The notes beneath the pieces were generated by a model that was given only the letters and a program-made list of their open reading frames with translations, made no database searches and was not told the origin of the DNA. A DNA stretch of 64,000 nt from Octopus sinensis. Its lineage: Eukaryota. The position numbers were made by a program, and so were the translations under genes. This document shows positions 1-12,174 of the stretch, piece after piece. The stretch spans positions 50,220,001 to 50,284,000 of the forward strand of contig NC_043002.1 in NCBI RefSeq assembly GCF_006345805.1. The letters are read 5' to 3'. How positions within the stretch are numbered: position 1 is the stretch's first letter; every line of letters starts with the position of its first letter.

Positions 1-396
1 AATTACCATTGTTAGTGTTATTGTTGTTGTTGTTTTGTTATTGTAATTCTATTCATATTTTTCTTTCTGCCCTGGATGTTATGGTTGAACCATACCAACA
101 ACAACAACATCAAAACAAACAATGAGAGAGACAGTATGAAGAAAGGATGATGAAACATAGAAGTACTCTTATGTGTATGCTTTGTGTGTGTGGGTGTGTG
201 TCTTTCACATTGGCTCTGTGGGTAAAGAGTTTGCTTCACAATCAATTAGGTCTTGTGTTCAATCCCACTTTGATTCACCTGGGGCAAATATCATATCATC
301 TGCTACAGTTCTCAGTTGATCCTAGCCCTGGGAGTAAAACTGGGTGGATGGAAACTTATGGATTGGAAATGTGTTTATTATTCAAAGAACTTATCC

Positions 397-770
397 TGGG
401 CTGTGTGGTAAGAAGTTTGCTTCCCAACTATATGGTTCCAGGTTCAGTCCCGCTGTGTAACACCTTGGGCAAGTGTCACCTACTAGAGCTCTGGGCTGAA
501 CAAAGCCTTGTGAGTGGATTTAGTAATTGGAAACTAAAAGAATCCCATCATATGTATGTGTCTGTGTGTTTGTGTCTTTCTGTTTGTGTTTGACCCCCAC
601 CACTGTTTGACAACCAGTGTTGGTGTGTTTACATCCACATAACTTAGTTTAGCCTAAATGGACCAGGCTTAAAAAAATAAAGTACTGGGGTCAGTTCATG
701 CAATTAAAATTCTTTAAGGTGGTGCCCTAGCATGGCCACAGCCTAGTGACTGAAACACGTAACGGGTAAA
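397..770 (+). mobile_element. SINE-A (tRNA-derived SINE), diverged full-length copy
   Basis: A-box-like GGCTGTGTGG, B-box GGTTCAGTCCC, body CCTTGGGCAAGTGTC...CTGAAAG, central (TG)n and 3' end GCATGGCCACAG..GACTGAAAC; matches the copy at 7567. Confidence 0.85.
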
Positions 771-797
771 TAGGCTTTTGTTGTTTTTATTATTTTT

Positions 798-1012
798 ATG
801 GTAGTGAACTCACAGAGCCATTACCATGCCAGGAAAATGCTTTACAGCTTTTCATCTAACTTGATCTACTGAGTTCAAATTCTGCCATGGTTGACCTAAT
901 TTATCAACTGCGAAAGGACGAAAGCAAAGTACCAGTTAAATACTGGGGTCAATATAATCAACTAGCCCCTACCCCAAAATTTCAGGCCTTGTGCCTCTAG
1001 TAACAAGGATTA
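798..1012 (+). mobile_element. SINE-B, diverged copy
   Basis: TGAGTTCAAATTCTGCC B-box region and AAGTACCAGTT..TACTGGGGTCAA..TTTCAGGCCTTGTGCCT 3' part, shared with 53048-53268. Confidence 0.75.
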
Positions 1013-1313
1013 TTTTTTTTTTTTATCATGAGTTTTGTTGGAACTCCTGGAATCTTGCATGTTTAGCGGGCTTGCTACCTGCAGCCTATGGTACCATGCT
1101 ATCTGTTCTTTTCAGCTATCTGATACTTTTGTGATTATTCTGGCTGTGCCAAGGAAGCAAACCTTTTGTAACAGTTCTACTGGGCACTCTATTATTATTG
1201 TTATTATTATTATCATCAGCATCATTATTAAGTGAACGTTGGCAATGGGAAAGGCATCCAGCCGTAGAAAACCCACCTCAATGAATTTTGGAAAAGTAGA
1301 CATTGAAACAATG

Positions 1314-1898
1314 AATGAACCTTTTTTGGACCAAATAGTGACTGGTGACAAAGAAAAAAAAAGGGTTCTCTATAAAAATGTCAAGTGTTGAAAACAGTGG
1401 GTAGGGAAAGGAGAAACACCAGCACCCACATAAGGTGTTATCTGTTTGGTGGGGTATGAAAGGTTTAGTCCACTTTGAACTTTTAAGCGGAAACCAAATG
1501 ATAACAAAGGAGATCTACTGTGAGCAGCTTGAGCAGCTTAAGTCAATGCTAGATAGAAGGATAATGACCACCTTTGGTTTCAACATGAAAGGTGTTCTTC
1601 CATCAAGATAATGCTCAGCCACATACAGCAAGGACGACATTCTAAAGGCCGGAGCAGTTTGAATGGAAAATGATGCTCCACCCACCATATTCGTCAGGCA
1701 TTGCCCCATCTGATTATCATTTATTCTGCAATTTTCAAAATGGACACAAAATATATGAATTCTGTAGACGAGGTCGGAATAGCACTGGAGAAGAATTTTT
1801 CATCATGGAGAAGTGAATTTTGGAAGAGAGGCCTTGCAAGTTTACCAGTTGGATGGAAGAGCATTGTAGAAAATGAAAGAGAGTATATTTTAGATTAA
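1314..1898 (+). pseudogene. Mariner (DD34D) transposase remnant
   Basis: Manual translation gives EPFLDQIVTGD..., VWWGMKGLVHFELL, HQDNAQPH...HPPYSSGIAPSDYHLF and WKSIVENEREYILD*. There are 34 residues between the second and third catalytic D. Contains stops and frameshifts. Confidence 0.92.
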
Positions 1899-2259
1899 AA
1901 AAGAACTATTTGTGTGCTGACATATTGATGTGTGTGTATGTATGTGTGTTCAGGCATGCCTATGTATGCATATGCATACATACATAACTGTATTTATGGG
2001 ATGGCCCAATTATATACATGTGTGTGTGTACACATACATACTGCACAGTCACAATGGGTATAAATTAAACACAACAGTCTGATTTCTTCTCCTCTTCTTC
2101 TTCATCCTCTGCCTCACCCTTCTTCAGCAGCAAAAACAATCAGAAAATTCTTTAATTCTTTAAGCTAATCATGTGCAGTAGAGACTTTTCCCCTCACAGC
2201 ATACTTTGGTTTAATCCTACACCCAGTCCCACCCATCCCCATGACCCCCACTGTGCATG

Positions 2260-2482
2260 TGTGTGAGTGTGTGTGTGTCTGTGTGTATTTGGCAGGTGGC
2301 CCCTGGATGGGTGGGTGGAACATGCTACCTGTAGGTACAATATATTTCCAATCACACACATACACACACATGTAGAATTATGCTCTCTCTCTCTCTCTTT
2401 CTCTCACACATTCATGGTGGTGTTGACACTGATGCTCTCTCTTAGTGAGATATTGATAACATCAACAAAAATGTCTAGTGCT

Positions 2483-2513
<31 letters not shown>

Positions 2514-2746
2514 AACAACAGCAACAGCAACAAAATTTCACACAAAAAAGAAACCAAAAAAACCCCCACATTTATTTTCTATTTTTGTCCTGGAAGGTGG
2601 TAGCAAGGAATTTTTGCATAATTGAACCTATTTTCAGCTGTGTGTGTGTGGTGTGTAGTGTATTTGTGTGCTGGCATATTGATGTTTGTGTATGTGTGTT
2701 CTGGCATGCCTGTGTATGCATGTGCGTATGTGTACATACATTCATA

Positions 2747-2781
<35 letters not shown>

Positions 2782-2950
2782 CTGTATGTGTGTGCTCCTC
2801 TGTCTTCTTTTACCCTCTCCATATACACATTCTTTTGGAGGGTGGTAGGTGGGGGTTGTCCTCTTCTGATTACTTGTGTTATGCACATACATGCCCACTT
2901 TCACATACACACACTTTCACATACACACACATACACACATTTGAATTTCT
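2260..2950. repeat. Compound microsatellite block (TG, CA, CT, CAA, TA)
   Basis: Visible simple repeats; source of several overlapping spurious ORFs. Confidence 0.9.
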
Positions 2951-3049
2951 CTTGAAAGTTTCATTCCACACTCTTGGCATTTTGGAATTGCCATTTAGAC
3001 TTAGAAATCACACTTGAAGCACAAGAAAACCACTTGCACTGTTTGTTGT

Positions 3050-3230
3050 TGTTGTTGTTATTAGCAATGGTATTTAGCCCCAAGTGATCCCTGTTCAAAA
3101 ACATTTCAGTAATGACCATACATTATATAATGTGTCCTTCTTTCTTTATAATAGTATGATGTTATTTGAGAGCGATTTGGCTACTATTTCTACCAGGTCT
3201 GGCAACTATATAGAGGCTCTCTTATTGACC
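3050..3230 (+). mobile_element. Unclassified interspersed repeat (TTTAGCCCCA...GATTTGGCT.CTATTTCTA family)
   Basis: Same motifs recur near 25720, 50200 and 58960 (+) and near 36130 and 41900 (-). Confidence 0.55.
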
Positions 3231-3574
3231 TGTTGTTGTCAGTAATTGTAGTGACAGTCCTGCTGCTGTTCTTTAGTTCTGGGTTAGCATTTATTAGGCA
3301 GATCTTTTAAAAGATGGTTGTAATGTGTGACTCGAGAGACTTGGCTGCTGTTTCAGGTTGAGCAACTACAAGTGGCTGTTTCGTTGCAATATACTTTTCC
3401 CTTCTTCCCATTGTCTTTGGTCTTCTCCTATCAGTATTGCCCTATATTAGTCTATGCCTGTACCTTAGAGGAAATTTTCAAGTTAGAAATTCAATATCTT
3501 TAACCAAAACTAGACTATATCACTATTGCCTGTACCTTAGAAGAATTGTTCGAGTTAAAGTTCAATGTCTTTAA

Positions 3575-3782
3575 CCCTTTAGCATTTAGACTGGCCATAT
3601 TCTACCTGTTGTATGTTCAAACTGGTCAGATTCAGCTTCTCACACATGCTCTATTAAAGTCATGCTAAAAATAAGAAATCATGTTGTCAAAATCTAGAAA
3701 CAAAGCGATAATGTATGATTAATTCAAAATAATGAGAATAAATAAGTATTACATTTGCCAAAATAATTAGAATACTAACGTG
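3575..3782 (+). mobile_element. piggyBac-like MITE
   Basis: TTAA|CCCTTTAGCATT start and degenerate CTAACGTG|TTAA end. TTAA duplication plus CCC termini is diagnostic of piggyBac. About 8 copies in the window. Confidence 0.75.
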
Positions 3783-4551
3783 TTAAAGGTTCAAATGCCA
3801 TTGAAGTCAAATTTGGTTTTCATCCTCTGAGATTGATAAAAGTACCATTGAAATACAATGGGGTTACTTGAATTAGCTACACTTTTCTGATAGTTTTTGT
3901 TTTTTGTTTTTCCCCGCTGCTTTCATGCATTCCCGTGATTCTGTCGCCATCCAATTCCATTATTATGAATTTGATTTGGGAACCTAAATCATAGTGAATC
4001 TTTTATTTACTGATTACACAACCATGGATGCCACCCCTATGGACGCATAGCAGTTACTCTCTTGATAGAGCTTTGTGACCCTGATGCTTGATTTCTAGGA
4101 TTCCTCCACTCGGTATCAATGTAAGAAGCACCATTATCTCAGTTGAGCTCTTTCACTCTTTCTTCTCAAATCACCATAATCCAGTCCCATGACCCTGCCA
4201 TATTTCTGGCAGGGTAGCTGAACGGGTGCTATGCCTTGCCAAAGGGCAACACGTAACTATGCATGGCATGGTATTCCTTCCATGAGGTATTTTCAAATTA
4301 CCAATGCTAGATTAGACATGACTAAATTCTTACTCTTTGGAGTCCCTTGGTTTACATTCCAGACAGCACTCTAATTCCTGTGAATGCGCCACAAGAGTCT
4401 TCATATAGTTGTTTCCAATTATATAAGCAATCAATTAGACTGTGTACACAGTAAACAACAGAGTTTAGAGGGAGCCTGATAAGTTGACAAGCTGGAAATA
4501 GTAACCATAGTCTTGCCATCTTCAGAAAGGACACAAATGTAAATTCTTGAT

Positions 4552-5225
4552 ATCTTTTATTTTTTTTTTACCTGCTTTAGTCATTTGACTGTAGCCATGC
4601 TGGTGTTTTAGTCAAACAAATCAACCCAAGGACTTATTCTTTGTAAACCTAATACTTATTCTATTGGTCATTTTTGCCAAACTGCCAAGTTACAGAGCTG
4701 TAAACACACCAACATCAGTTGTCAAGCGATGGTGGTGCTGGTGGGAGCAAACACAGACACAAGCACAAAGATATATATATATATATATAGTTAAGGTGCT
4801 ATGCAGTGGAACTGATCCTGAAACTATGTGGTTGGGAAGCAAGTTTGTTGCCTCACAGCCATGTCTGTATTTTTTTTAATCTTTTTCTTCTTTCAGTGGA
4901 CCACTGCCCAAAAGGGCCAAATTGAACACATTGATCTTAGTACTTTATTCTTTAAGCCTGGTAGTTATTTATCAGTCTCTTTTGCCAAGCTGCCAACTCA
5001 CAGGAATGTAAACAAACCAACACCACTTGTTGAGTGGTAGAGGAGCAAACACGCACTCACACTATCACACACACATGATGGGCTTCCATACAGTTTCCAT
5101 CTACCAAATTCACTCACTGGGCATTATTCAGCTCAGAGCTATAGTAGAAAATACTTGCTTAAAGTGCTGCATAGTAGGACTGAACCTAAAGCCATGAGGT
5201 TGCAAAGCAAGGCTCTGACTACAGG
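4552..5225 (-). mobile_element. Two adjacent diverged SINE-A copies (4552-4863 and 4888-5225)
   Basis: Reverse-complement similarity to SINE-A body and head. Confidence 0.8.
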
Positions 5226-5666
5226 CATTTTCACTCATCATGAAAATGGAAACTTCCAGAAGCCTTTTCATTCCTATCAAATCAAATAAATGTTCAATTT
5301 CATGTTACATGAACTACATATATGATAGTAGACAGGACTTGGAAATCCCATTGAAATGCCTCTTAACCTGCATAAGGACTTCCTGAGCCTTCTGCCATAT
5401 TTGCCGCATCTAGTGCCCGTCTTATTAAACCTCATCAGCAAAGCATGGTTTTTTTTTTTTTTTTTTTTTCAGACCTACTCAATCACTCCAGTAGACTAAG
5501 ACTTTTACAAGCAACAAAATGAGTTCTGAACAGTTTTAGTAATTTATACAAAGGTAAAAAAAAAAAAACCCCACATGAGACAAGGGAAATAATTCAAGTG
5601 AGCCCATTGTTTTGCTTGAGGAAAATTCTGGTCGGTGGTGGTTCTTAAGATGATATTGATAATAAA

Positions 5667-5766
5667 NNNNNNNNNNNNNNNNNNNNNNNNNNNNNNNNNN
5701 NNNNNNNNNNNNNNNNNNNNNNNNNNNNNNNNNNNNNNNNNNNNNNNNNNNNNNNNNNNNNNNNNN
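5667..5766. other. Assembly gap (100 N)
   Basis: Run of n. It is followed by the 3' end of a piggyBac-like MITE (5767-5838). Confidence 1.
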
Positions 5767-6576
5767 TAATACAAGATTAATTCAAAACGATGATAAATAA
5801 GCATTACATTTGACGGAGAAATCTGAATGCTAAAGGGTAAGAGACTTTATTAGTAAAAATTACTTCATCAATGAAGTAGTGTTCTCTAAAAATATTCTAA
5901 AACTTATGCATGTAAGGAATGGAAAACTTTTCCAACAACAGATACAAGAAACCTACTACTAGAATAAAGATTCTGTAATTTACAATTTTGGCCAACAACA
6001 TTTTTGCTGTAGCTTGGTCTGTACATTCAGGACTGGCCTAGGGTTATATAGCAACGATACCAGCAGCAGCAGCCTTGTCATAATTCTTTGAGGTTGAGAG
6101 GATTCTAAGATCTTCATTTCTTCATTTAATGTCTTCTTTTTTTTTCTTTCCATGCTAGCATAGATTTAGATAGAATTGTGTTTGAGACAGCTCTTCTTGT
6201 AGCTAACCTTTTTACTGTTTCCATGTAAAGGACTTTTCTTTTTATTCCAAAGGTCTTTGAAAGCAGAACGTGAATAGTCATGGTACTTGTCTAGGAATGT
6301 CAGTATCATCACTGCTTGACTCAATTGGTAACAAGTGTGGAATATCAATATTCATACATGCATACACACACACACCTCACTGATGTGAAACTTGAGCCAA
6401 GATACAAACATTCACTTTCAAGAAGCCATGTCGTCTTGAACATGATTGAATCCTCCTTTCTTATTCATTCAATGTAATCTATATATATGTGTGTGTGTGT
6501 GTGTGCGTGTGTGTGTGTACATGTATGTATGTCTTTATATTTTTCTTGATTCAGTCGTTATACCATGTGTGTGCAT

Positions 6577-6607
<31 letters not shown>

Positions 6608-6864
6608 TAGATAAACAGACAGACAGACAGAGGCATACACACACATACACCTATGCTAACGGCTTCCTGCAGTTTCCAGTTATCAAATTCCTTCACAAGA
6701 CATTCCCTAGTGCAAGAGAACTTGAGAGCATTTTATACACAACTACTTTGAAACCATCAACTTATAAATATTTGCACACATATTTGTGTTACTAAATGAT
6801 TAACAAATAATGTTCAAAAGCCAGAATATTCAGTTTTCAGGCCCAAAAAAATGACCTTCTAATG

Positions 6865-7215
6865 CAGTGGTTCTCAACCAGGTTCCATATAGCCACTGAG
6901 GATTCATTTAAGATATTGTGGGGTCCATGTCAAAAGTAATTTAGGGATCCACTATAGTATTTTTTTAAGGGTCCCTGAACAAAATTTTGCTTTAGGTTTG
7001 TGTATTGGTATATATTACAAGAAACAACCAGGTTTCCATCTCTAACATTTTTCATAGTTCAACCTACACACGTTAATGTATGAAAAACAAAACAGGAATT
7101 TTGAAAGTGGTTCCTATTAAAATAGTTTTTAAACATTGAATGGCTATCAAGGTCCACCAGAATAAATTAGCAATCAAAGGGGTCCATAGATAAAAAAAAT
7201 GGCTGACAATCCCCA
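6865..7215. mobile_element. hAT (Charlie-like) MITE
   Basis: Left TIR CAGTGGTTCTCAACC, degenerate right TIR GGCTGACAATCCCCA, 8-bp TSD TTCTAATG/CTCTAATG. Confidence 0.7.
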
Positions 7216-7439
7216 CTCTAATGCATGTTTTGAAAACATGTTTGTAAGCAGGGCTATATAAATTTACAAGATTTTTCTCAAGTTTAGCAAGTGTTTGTAT
7301 ACTGTTATTGGTGTCTGGATTCCAGTAATGGTGAACTATGGCCTAGTGCTTCCTTCAGGTGTGCCCCCCCCCCCACCATCTTGTAATTCTCTCATCTCGT
7401 AGCATGAAGCTGATCCATCACACCTAGCCTAGGACTCAT

Positions 7440-8090
7440 CCTGTTGTGAACTACATGGTGACCTCAATTTTCAGGTGGCGCAAAAAAAAAAAAAACATTA
7501 ATTCCATGCTGTAAAGTGGTTAGCATTAGGGAAGACATCCAGCCATTAAAAAAAAAAAAAAAAACAGGCGCAGGAGTGGCTGTGTGGTAAGTAGCTTGCT
7601 AACCAACCACATGGTTCCGGGTTCAGTCCCACTGCGTGGCATCTTGGGCAAGTGTCTTCTGCTATAGCCTCGGGCCTACCAATGCCTTGTGAGTGGATTT
7701 GGTAGACGGAAGCTGAAAGAAGCCCGTCGTATATATGTGTATTTGTGTGTCTGTGTTTGTCCCCCTAGCATTGCTTGACAACCGATGCTGGTGTGTTTAC
7801 ATCCCTGTTACTTAGCGGTTCGGCAAAAGAGACCGATAGAATAAGTACTGGGCTTACAAAAGAATAAGTCCCAGGGCCGAGTTGCTCGACTAAAAGGCGG
7901 TGCTCCAGCATGACCGCAGTCAAATGACTGAAACAAGTAAAAGAGTAAAAGAGTATGCCAGAGCAGACAAGATATCAGTGCTTGGTTTGGTCCTTGGACA
8001 CATTGATTCCTGTCCAAACCATCCAGCCCATGCCAGCTTGGAACATGGAAGTTTGATGATGAATGGACACCGACGACAATGACGACGCAT
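7440..8090 (+). mobile_element. RTE-type 3' tail element split by a SINE-A insertion
   Basis: GTGGTTAGCATTAGGGAAGACATCCAGCC before 7560 and CCAGCCCATGCCAGCTTGGA..GATGATGA after 7955. Confidence 0.65.
7567..7954 (+). mobile_element. SINE-A, well-preserved full-length copy
   Basis: GGCGCAGGAGTGGCTGTGTGG A box, GGTTCAGTCCC B box, intact CpGs, tail (AAAAGAGT)2. Probably one of the described octopus SINEs (OK/OR1/OR2 or Twhop); I cannot assign which. Confidence 0.93.
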
Positions 8091-8528
8091 GCCCAAAATT
8101 CAAATAATACGGTCACCATCAGTCTACCTTTCTCTGCAGCAATCTGTCTGCTCGCGAAAACAAGTGCACCACTTCTGCCGCCGGCGCCGTCATTATTCCA
8201 GCACCTTCATACATATATGCATGTGCGCAACCAGTTAATTGATCTTGTGATGCAACAGCTGTGTGTATACTAGCAATCACTGCAAATGTCCGCGTCTGTC
8301 ATTCGAGAAGGACGGGGAAGGGGTGGGGGGTGCCGTTTTATTATTTTTTTCTTGCGGAGCAAAGGGGGCTGGTGTGTCTGCTGTCATATCTTATTTTTGT
8401 GGGTGTGAGTGGAAGGCTCTGTGTGTGTGTGTGTGTGTATGCATGCATGTGTGTGTGAATGATAAAAAAGACAAAAGAGGTTGAAGATTATATATATATC
8501 TATGTGTATGTGTATATGTGTGTATATA

Positions 8529-8563
<35 letters not shown>

Positions 8564-9539
8564 TATATATCTGTGTATATATATATATGCACACACGTTT
8601 GTTTATGTATGTATATGAACATACATACATACGTACACAGATTCATATACAGAGGAAGTGAAGGGGAGTGAGTGAGAGAGAAAGAGAGGCAGAATGTGAG
8701 GAAGTTGGAGGGGTGAGTGAGAGTAATAGAGACATCCTGAAATGCGAGGGAGGTTGGTGAGGGTGTCGTGGGTGGTGTAATAACAGGACAGAAAGAGGAC
8801 TGAAGTGAAATTAGATTTAATTTATTGTAATTAGAAAGTGTAACAATGCTAAATCTGGGGTGGAGGGTATAATTTTTTTATAGAAAATAAATCAGAATAA
8901 AAACAAAATGATCAGAAGTGGTGGGGGTTGGTTGGAGTGCTTAATAATTAATAGTGATAAATAATGGCTGAAATCTGTCATATAAACTTTGGGACAGCTG
9001 TGTGTGTGTGTGTAATCAGTTTCGGGTTATTTTTTATTCATTTAAAAATGTTTTTTTGTGATTTAGTCAGAAGGACAGTGCTCATATTGTCTTTTAAAGA
9101 CCTCTGCAAGGAGGGTCTTGAAAATGGCGGATGTGATAGAGAAGAAGAAACTATGCTTTATAAGTTACTGACGAGTCATCATATTTGTTTAATGTCCGCT
9201 TTTCCATGCTGGCATGGGTCGAACAAAATATGTTGAGGATTTTCTTTTCTATGGCCACATGCCCCACTTCCTGTCATCAGTTCTTGTCTGATTCTAGGCC
9301 TTGGTAATATTTTCCAATGACCAGACATTTTCACTAATCAGCAACAAACCACCTCACTTGTATGATGATGGTAGGTTCATACAACCGTCACTTCATGTCT
9401 AGACTTGGGTACTTACATATATACACACACAAACATGCACACACCATACGCACGCGCACACACACACACAAAACTGTACAACTATAGCTTATAGTTGACC
9501 AATCGTAAATTTGGTAGATGCGAATTATGCCCAATGTGT

Positions 9540-10102
9540 AATTGTGTGTGCGTGCATGTATATTTATATTTGTTTCGCACCACTTGACAACCAGTATGGG
9601 TTTGTTTACATCCCTGTAATGTTGTGTTTAGTTTAAAAGCAGGCCAACTGAGAAACATTAGACTAAAATTTGTCACCTAAAAAAACCCTTTGGGCAGTGC
9701 TCCGGCATGACTACACTCCCATGATTACAGTGGATGTGGAGTACGAAGCTTGCTTCCCAACTACATGGTTGAGATTTCAGTCCCACTGCATGGCACTTTG
9801 GCCAAGTGTCTTTTACTATAGCCTTTGTCCGATCAAAGCCTTGTGAGTGGATTTGATAGACAGAAACTGAAAGAAGCCTGTCATGTATATAAATAGCATT
9901 TCCACCACCACCACCACTTGACAATTGGTATCGGTGTGTTTACATCCCCATAACTTAGCAGTTCAGCAAAAGAAACTGATAGGATAAGTACTAGACTTGG
10001 AACAAAGTAAGTCCTAGGGCCAATTTGTTCAACTAAAACCCTCCAAGGCAGTGTTCCAGCATGGCCACAGTCAAATCATTGAAACAAGTAACCGATAAAA
10101 GA
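9540..10102 (+). mobile_element. SINE-A 3' half (9540-9715) followed by a near-full copy (9728-10102)
   Basis: Similarity to 7567-7954. Confidence 0.85.
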
Positions 10103-10149
10103 TATATAAATATATATATATATTAATAGTTATCACCAAGCTAACATGG

Positions 10150-10434
10150 CAGTCCAGAAAAATAGGACGAATGCTGCCGTTGATTTGCTTCAAGAGGCTA
10201 TCACCTCTAGCTAGCTATGAACCTGTGTTCATCCTTCGAACAGAGAGGGTCAGCCGCTTCCTCTTGCAAATACCCTGAAAGTAGTCTGTAGATGCCAGAC
10301 CAGCAAGGGGAAGTAGCTGACCTCCCCTGTTCAAAGGTCGTAATGGACATAGGTTCGTGTTTTACATAGCTAGCTAGAGGCGATGGCCTCTTGGAGCTAA
10401 TCAACGGCAGCATTCGTCCTATTTTTCTGTACTG
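10150..10434. mobile_element. Foldback/MITE-like palindrome
   Basis: Left arm 10150-10267 is the reverse complement of right arm 10303-10434 (with indels); 35-nt loop. Confidence 0.8.
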
Positions 10435-10526
10435 CTGCTGTAGTCTCCTTTAGAGATACTTTAAAATATTAATATATATATATATATGTAAAGAGGACTC
10501 AAGATATTAGTATATGTATATTTTTA

Positions 10527-10610
10527 TTAATATTTTGCAGAAGCTTGACAAGTGCAGATGCATGAAACTCTCAGCCCTCAAGTCACTCTGTTGCTTCTGC
10601 TAAATATTAA
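10527..10610 (+). ncRNA. Degenerate type I hammerhead-like motif, family 2, copy 1
   Basis: TTGACAA GTGC-AGAT-GCAT GAAACTC...AAGTC ACTCTG, enclosed by inverted repeat TTAATATTTTGCAGAAGC / GCTTCTGCTAAATATTAA. Confidence 0.5.
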
Positions 10611-10617
10611 AACGTGT

Positions 10618-11364
10618 ATATAGGGTGCGATGGGTAGATTGTCATCATTTTATATTTTAAATTTAACTCATGCACATTGTTTGTTCTTAGTTTTATTGGC
10701 TTCACACTATAGTAGTCAGTTGGACACCATCTGTGAGAAATACAGCCCCATGAATCAAATTACTCTACCAAAAATTTGAAAACAACATGTTGTACTGCTT
10801 GGCATTTGCACCAGATGCTCCCATACAAACATTTCAAAGTGTTTGGCTGTCAATCTGAGAACAGTGAAGAGGATTCAGAAAGAGTTGGATGAGTCTAATG
10901 GTGATTACGAAGGTGTTTGGGGTGATCATTAGCAACGGCGATGTTATACCTCGGTTCATCTTCCCACACGGCCTCAGACTCAACACAGAGGCCTACGTCA
11001 CGTACCTGGAAGAGGTAGTGCTGCCCTAGGTCAAGAGGGTGTCTGCTGGAAGACCCTACGTCTGGCAACAGGACTCTGCACCATGCTACACAAGCAAGGA
11101 GAACCCAGTCATGGCTGTCAGAAAATTTCTGTGACCACATCACCCCTAACATCTGACCACCTAACTCCCCAGACTGCAAAACCCTTGATCATTATGTGAG
11201 GGGTGCAGTTGAGTGAGACCAACAAAACTCATTGTAACCCCAAAGATGAACTTTGGATTATGGCAAGGATTATGGCAGCATTCACCAATTTAAACAAGGA
11301 GACTCTCCAAAAGAGTTGCAGGAGATTCTGAAGTGGTTTGGAGGCCATGGTTGAAGCCAATGGC
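10618..11364 (+). pseudogene. Internally deleted maT (DD37D) Tc1/mariner transposon
   Basis: ATG at 10750 gives MNQITLPKI*KQHVVLLGI...NLRTVKRIQKELDESNGDYEG, joined to VFGVIISNGDV...YVWQQDSAPC...PPNSPDCKTLD...EAMVEANG. Spacing is 37 residues after correcting one frameshift. The 3' end is cut by a SINE-B. Confidence 0.9.
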
Positions 11365-11371
11365 AAATGTT

Positions 11372-11540
11372 TATTGGTATTTCACTTGCCATTACATTCT
11401 GAGTTCAGATTCCGCTGAGGTCGACTTTGCCTTTCATCCTTTTGGGGTTGATTAAGTACCAGTCAAGTACTGGGGTCGATGTGATTGACTTACCCCCTCC
11501 CCACAAATTTCAGGCCTTGTGCCTATAGTAGAAAGGATTA
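11372..11540 (+). mobile_element. SINE-B, 5'-truncated
   Basis: TTCTGAGTTCAGATTCCGCTGAGGTCGACTTTGCCTTTCATCCTTT...GTACCAG. Confidence 0.85.
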
Positions 11541-11989
11541 TTATTATTTTCAATACAATGTTTTATGCGATGTATACAGGCAGTGAAGTATATGTACGTA
11601 TTGTTAGATGTTTCGCTGCTACTGAAATTATTTCCCCTCCTCCATTTCTGACAGTTTGTTACCAAGTTTTTCTCTGGATTGGATGTATTTAAACACTCAT
11701 GATTAGAACCCCACAAGGAAAAAACAATTTAGCTTGTCGTTGGGGTTTAGGGTTAGGGTGTAGAGTTAAAGGTCTGAGTTACTCAGTTATGCAGAGAGGA
11801 GGAATAATTAGGTGGTTGAGGAGAAAGTAACTTGTTGGGTTTGTTTGTTTGTTTGTTTGTTTGTTTGTTTGTTGTTTGTTACATGCAGTCATAATGTTCA
11901 GTGTTTAAGATATAAAAATCTGAAAAATGAATTAAAAATTAATCTTTCAAAGCTTTCGGATTACTCTGTCAAATGTAATAAATGTTTAT

Positions 11990-12140
11990 TTATATTGTTT
12001 TGAATTGATCACACATCTCATAGCTTCGAGATTTTAATAATGTTACTGTTAATTTTCAGAATGATATTGTAGGGTAAGTGTGAAAGGCTGGATCTGTAAA
12101 CATATTTGGATTAGATATAGCAATTTTAAATGCTAGAGGA
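11990..12140 (-). mobile_element. piggyBac-like MITE fragment
   Basis: Reverse complement of the family body; ends TAAATGCTAGAGGATTAG. Confidence 0.6.
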
Positions 12141-12174
12141 TTAGAAAGTACGAAGGTGGGATGCTTATTGCACA

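Noticed and set aside
5412-5440. Minus-strand CTGATGAG plus small stem
   Set aside because: GAAA is absent (GGGC instead); not a hammerhead.
11747-11758. TTAGGG x2, possible interstitial telomere
   Set aside because: Only two units; expected by chance.
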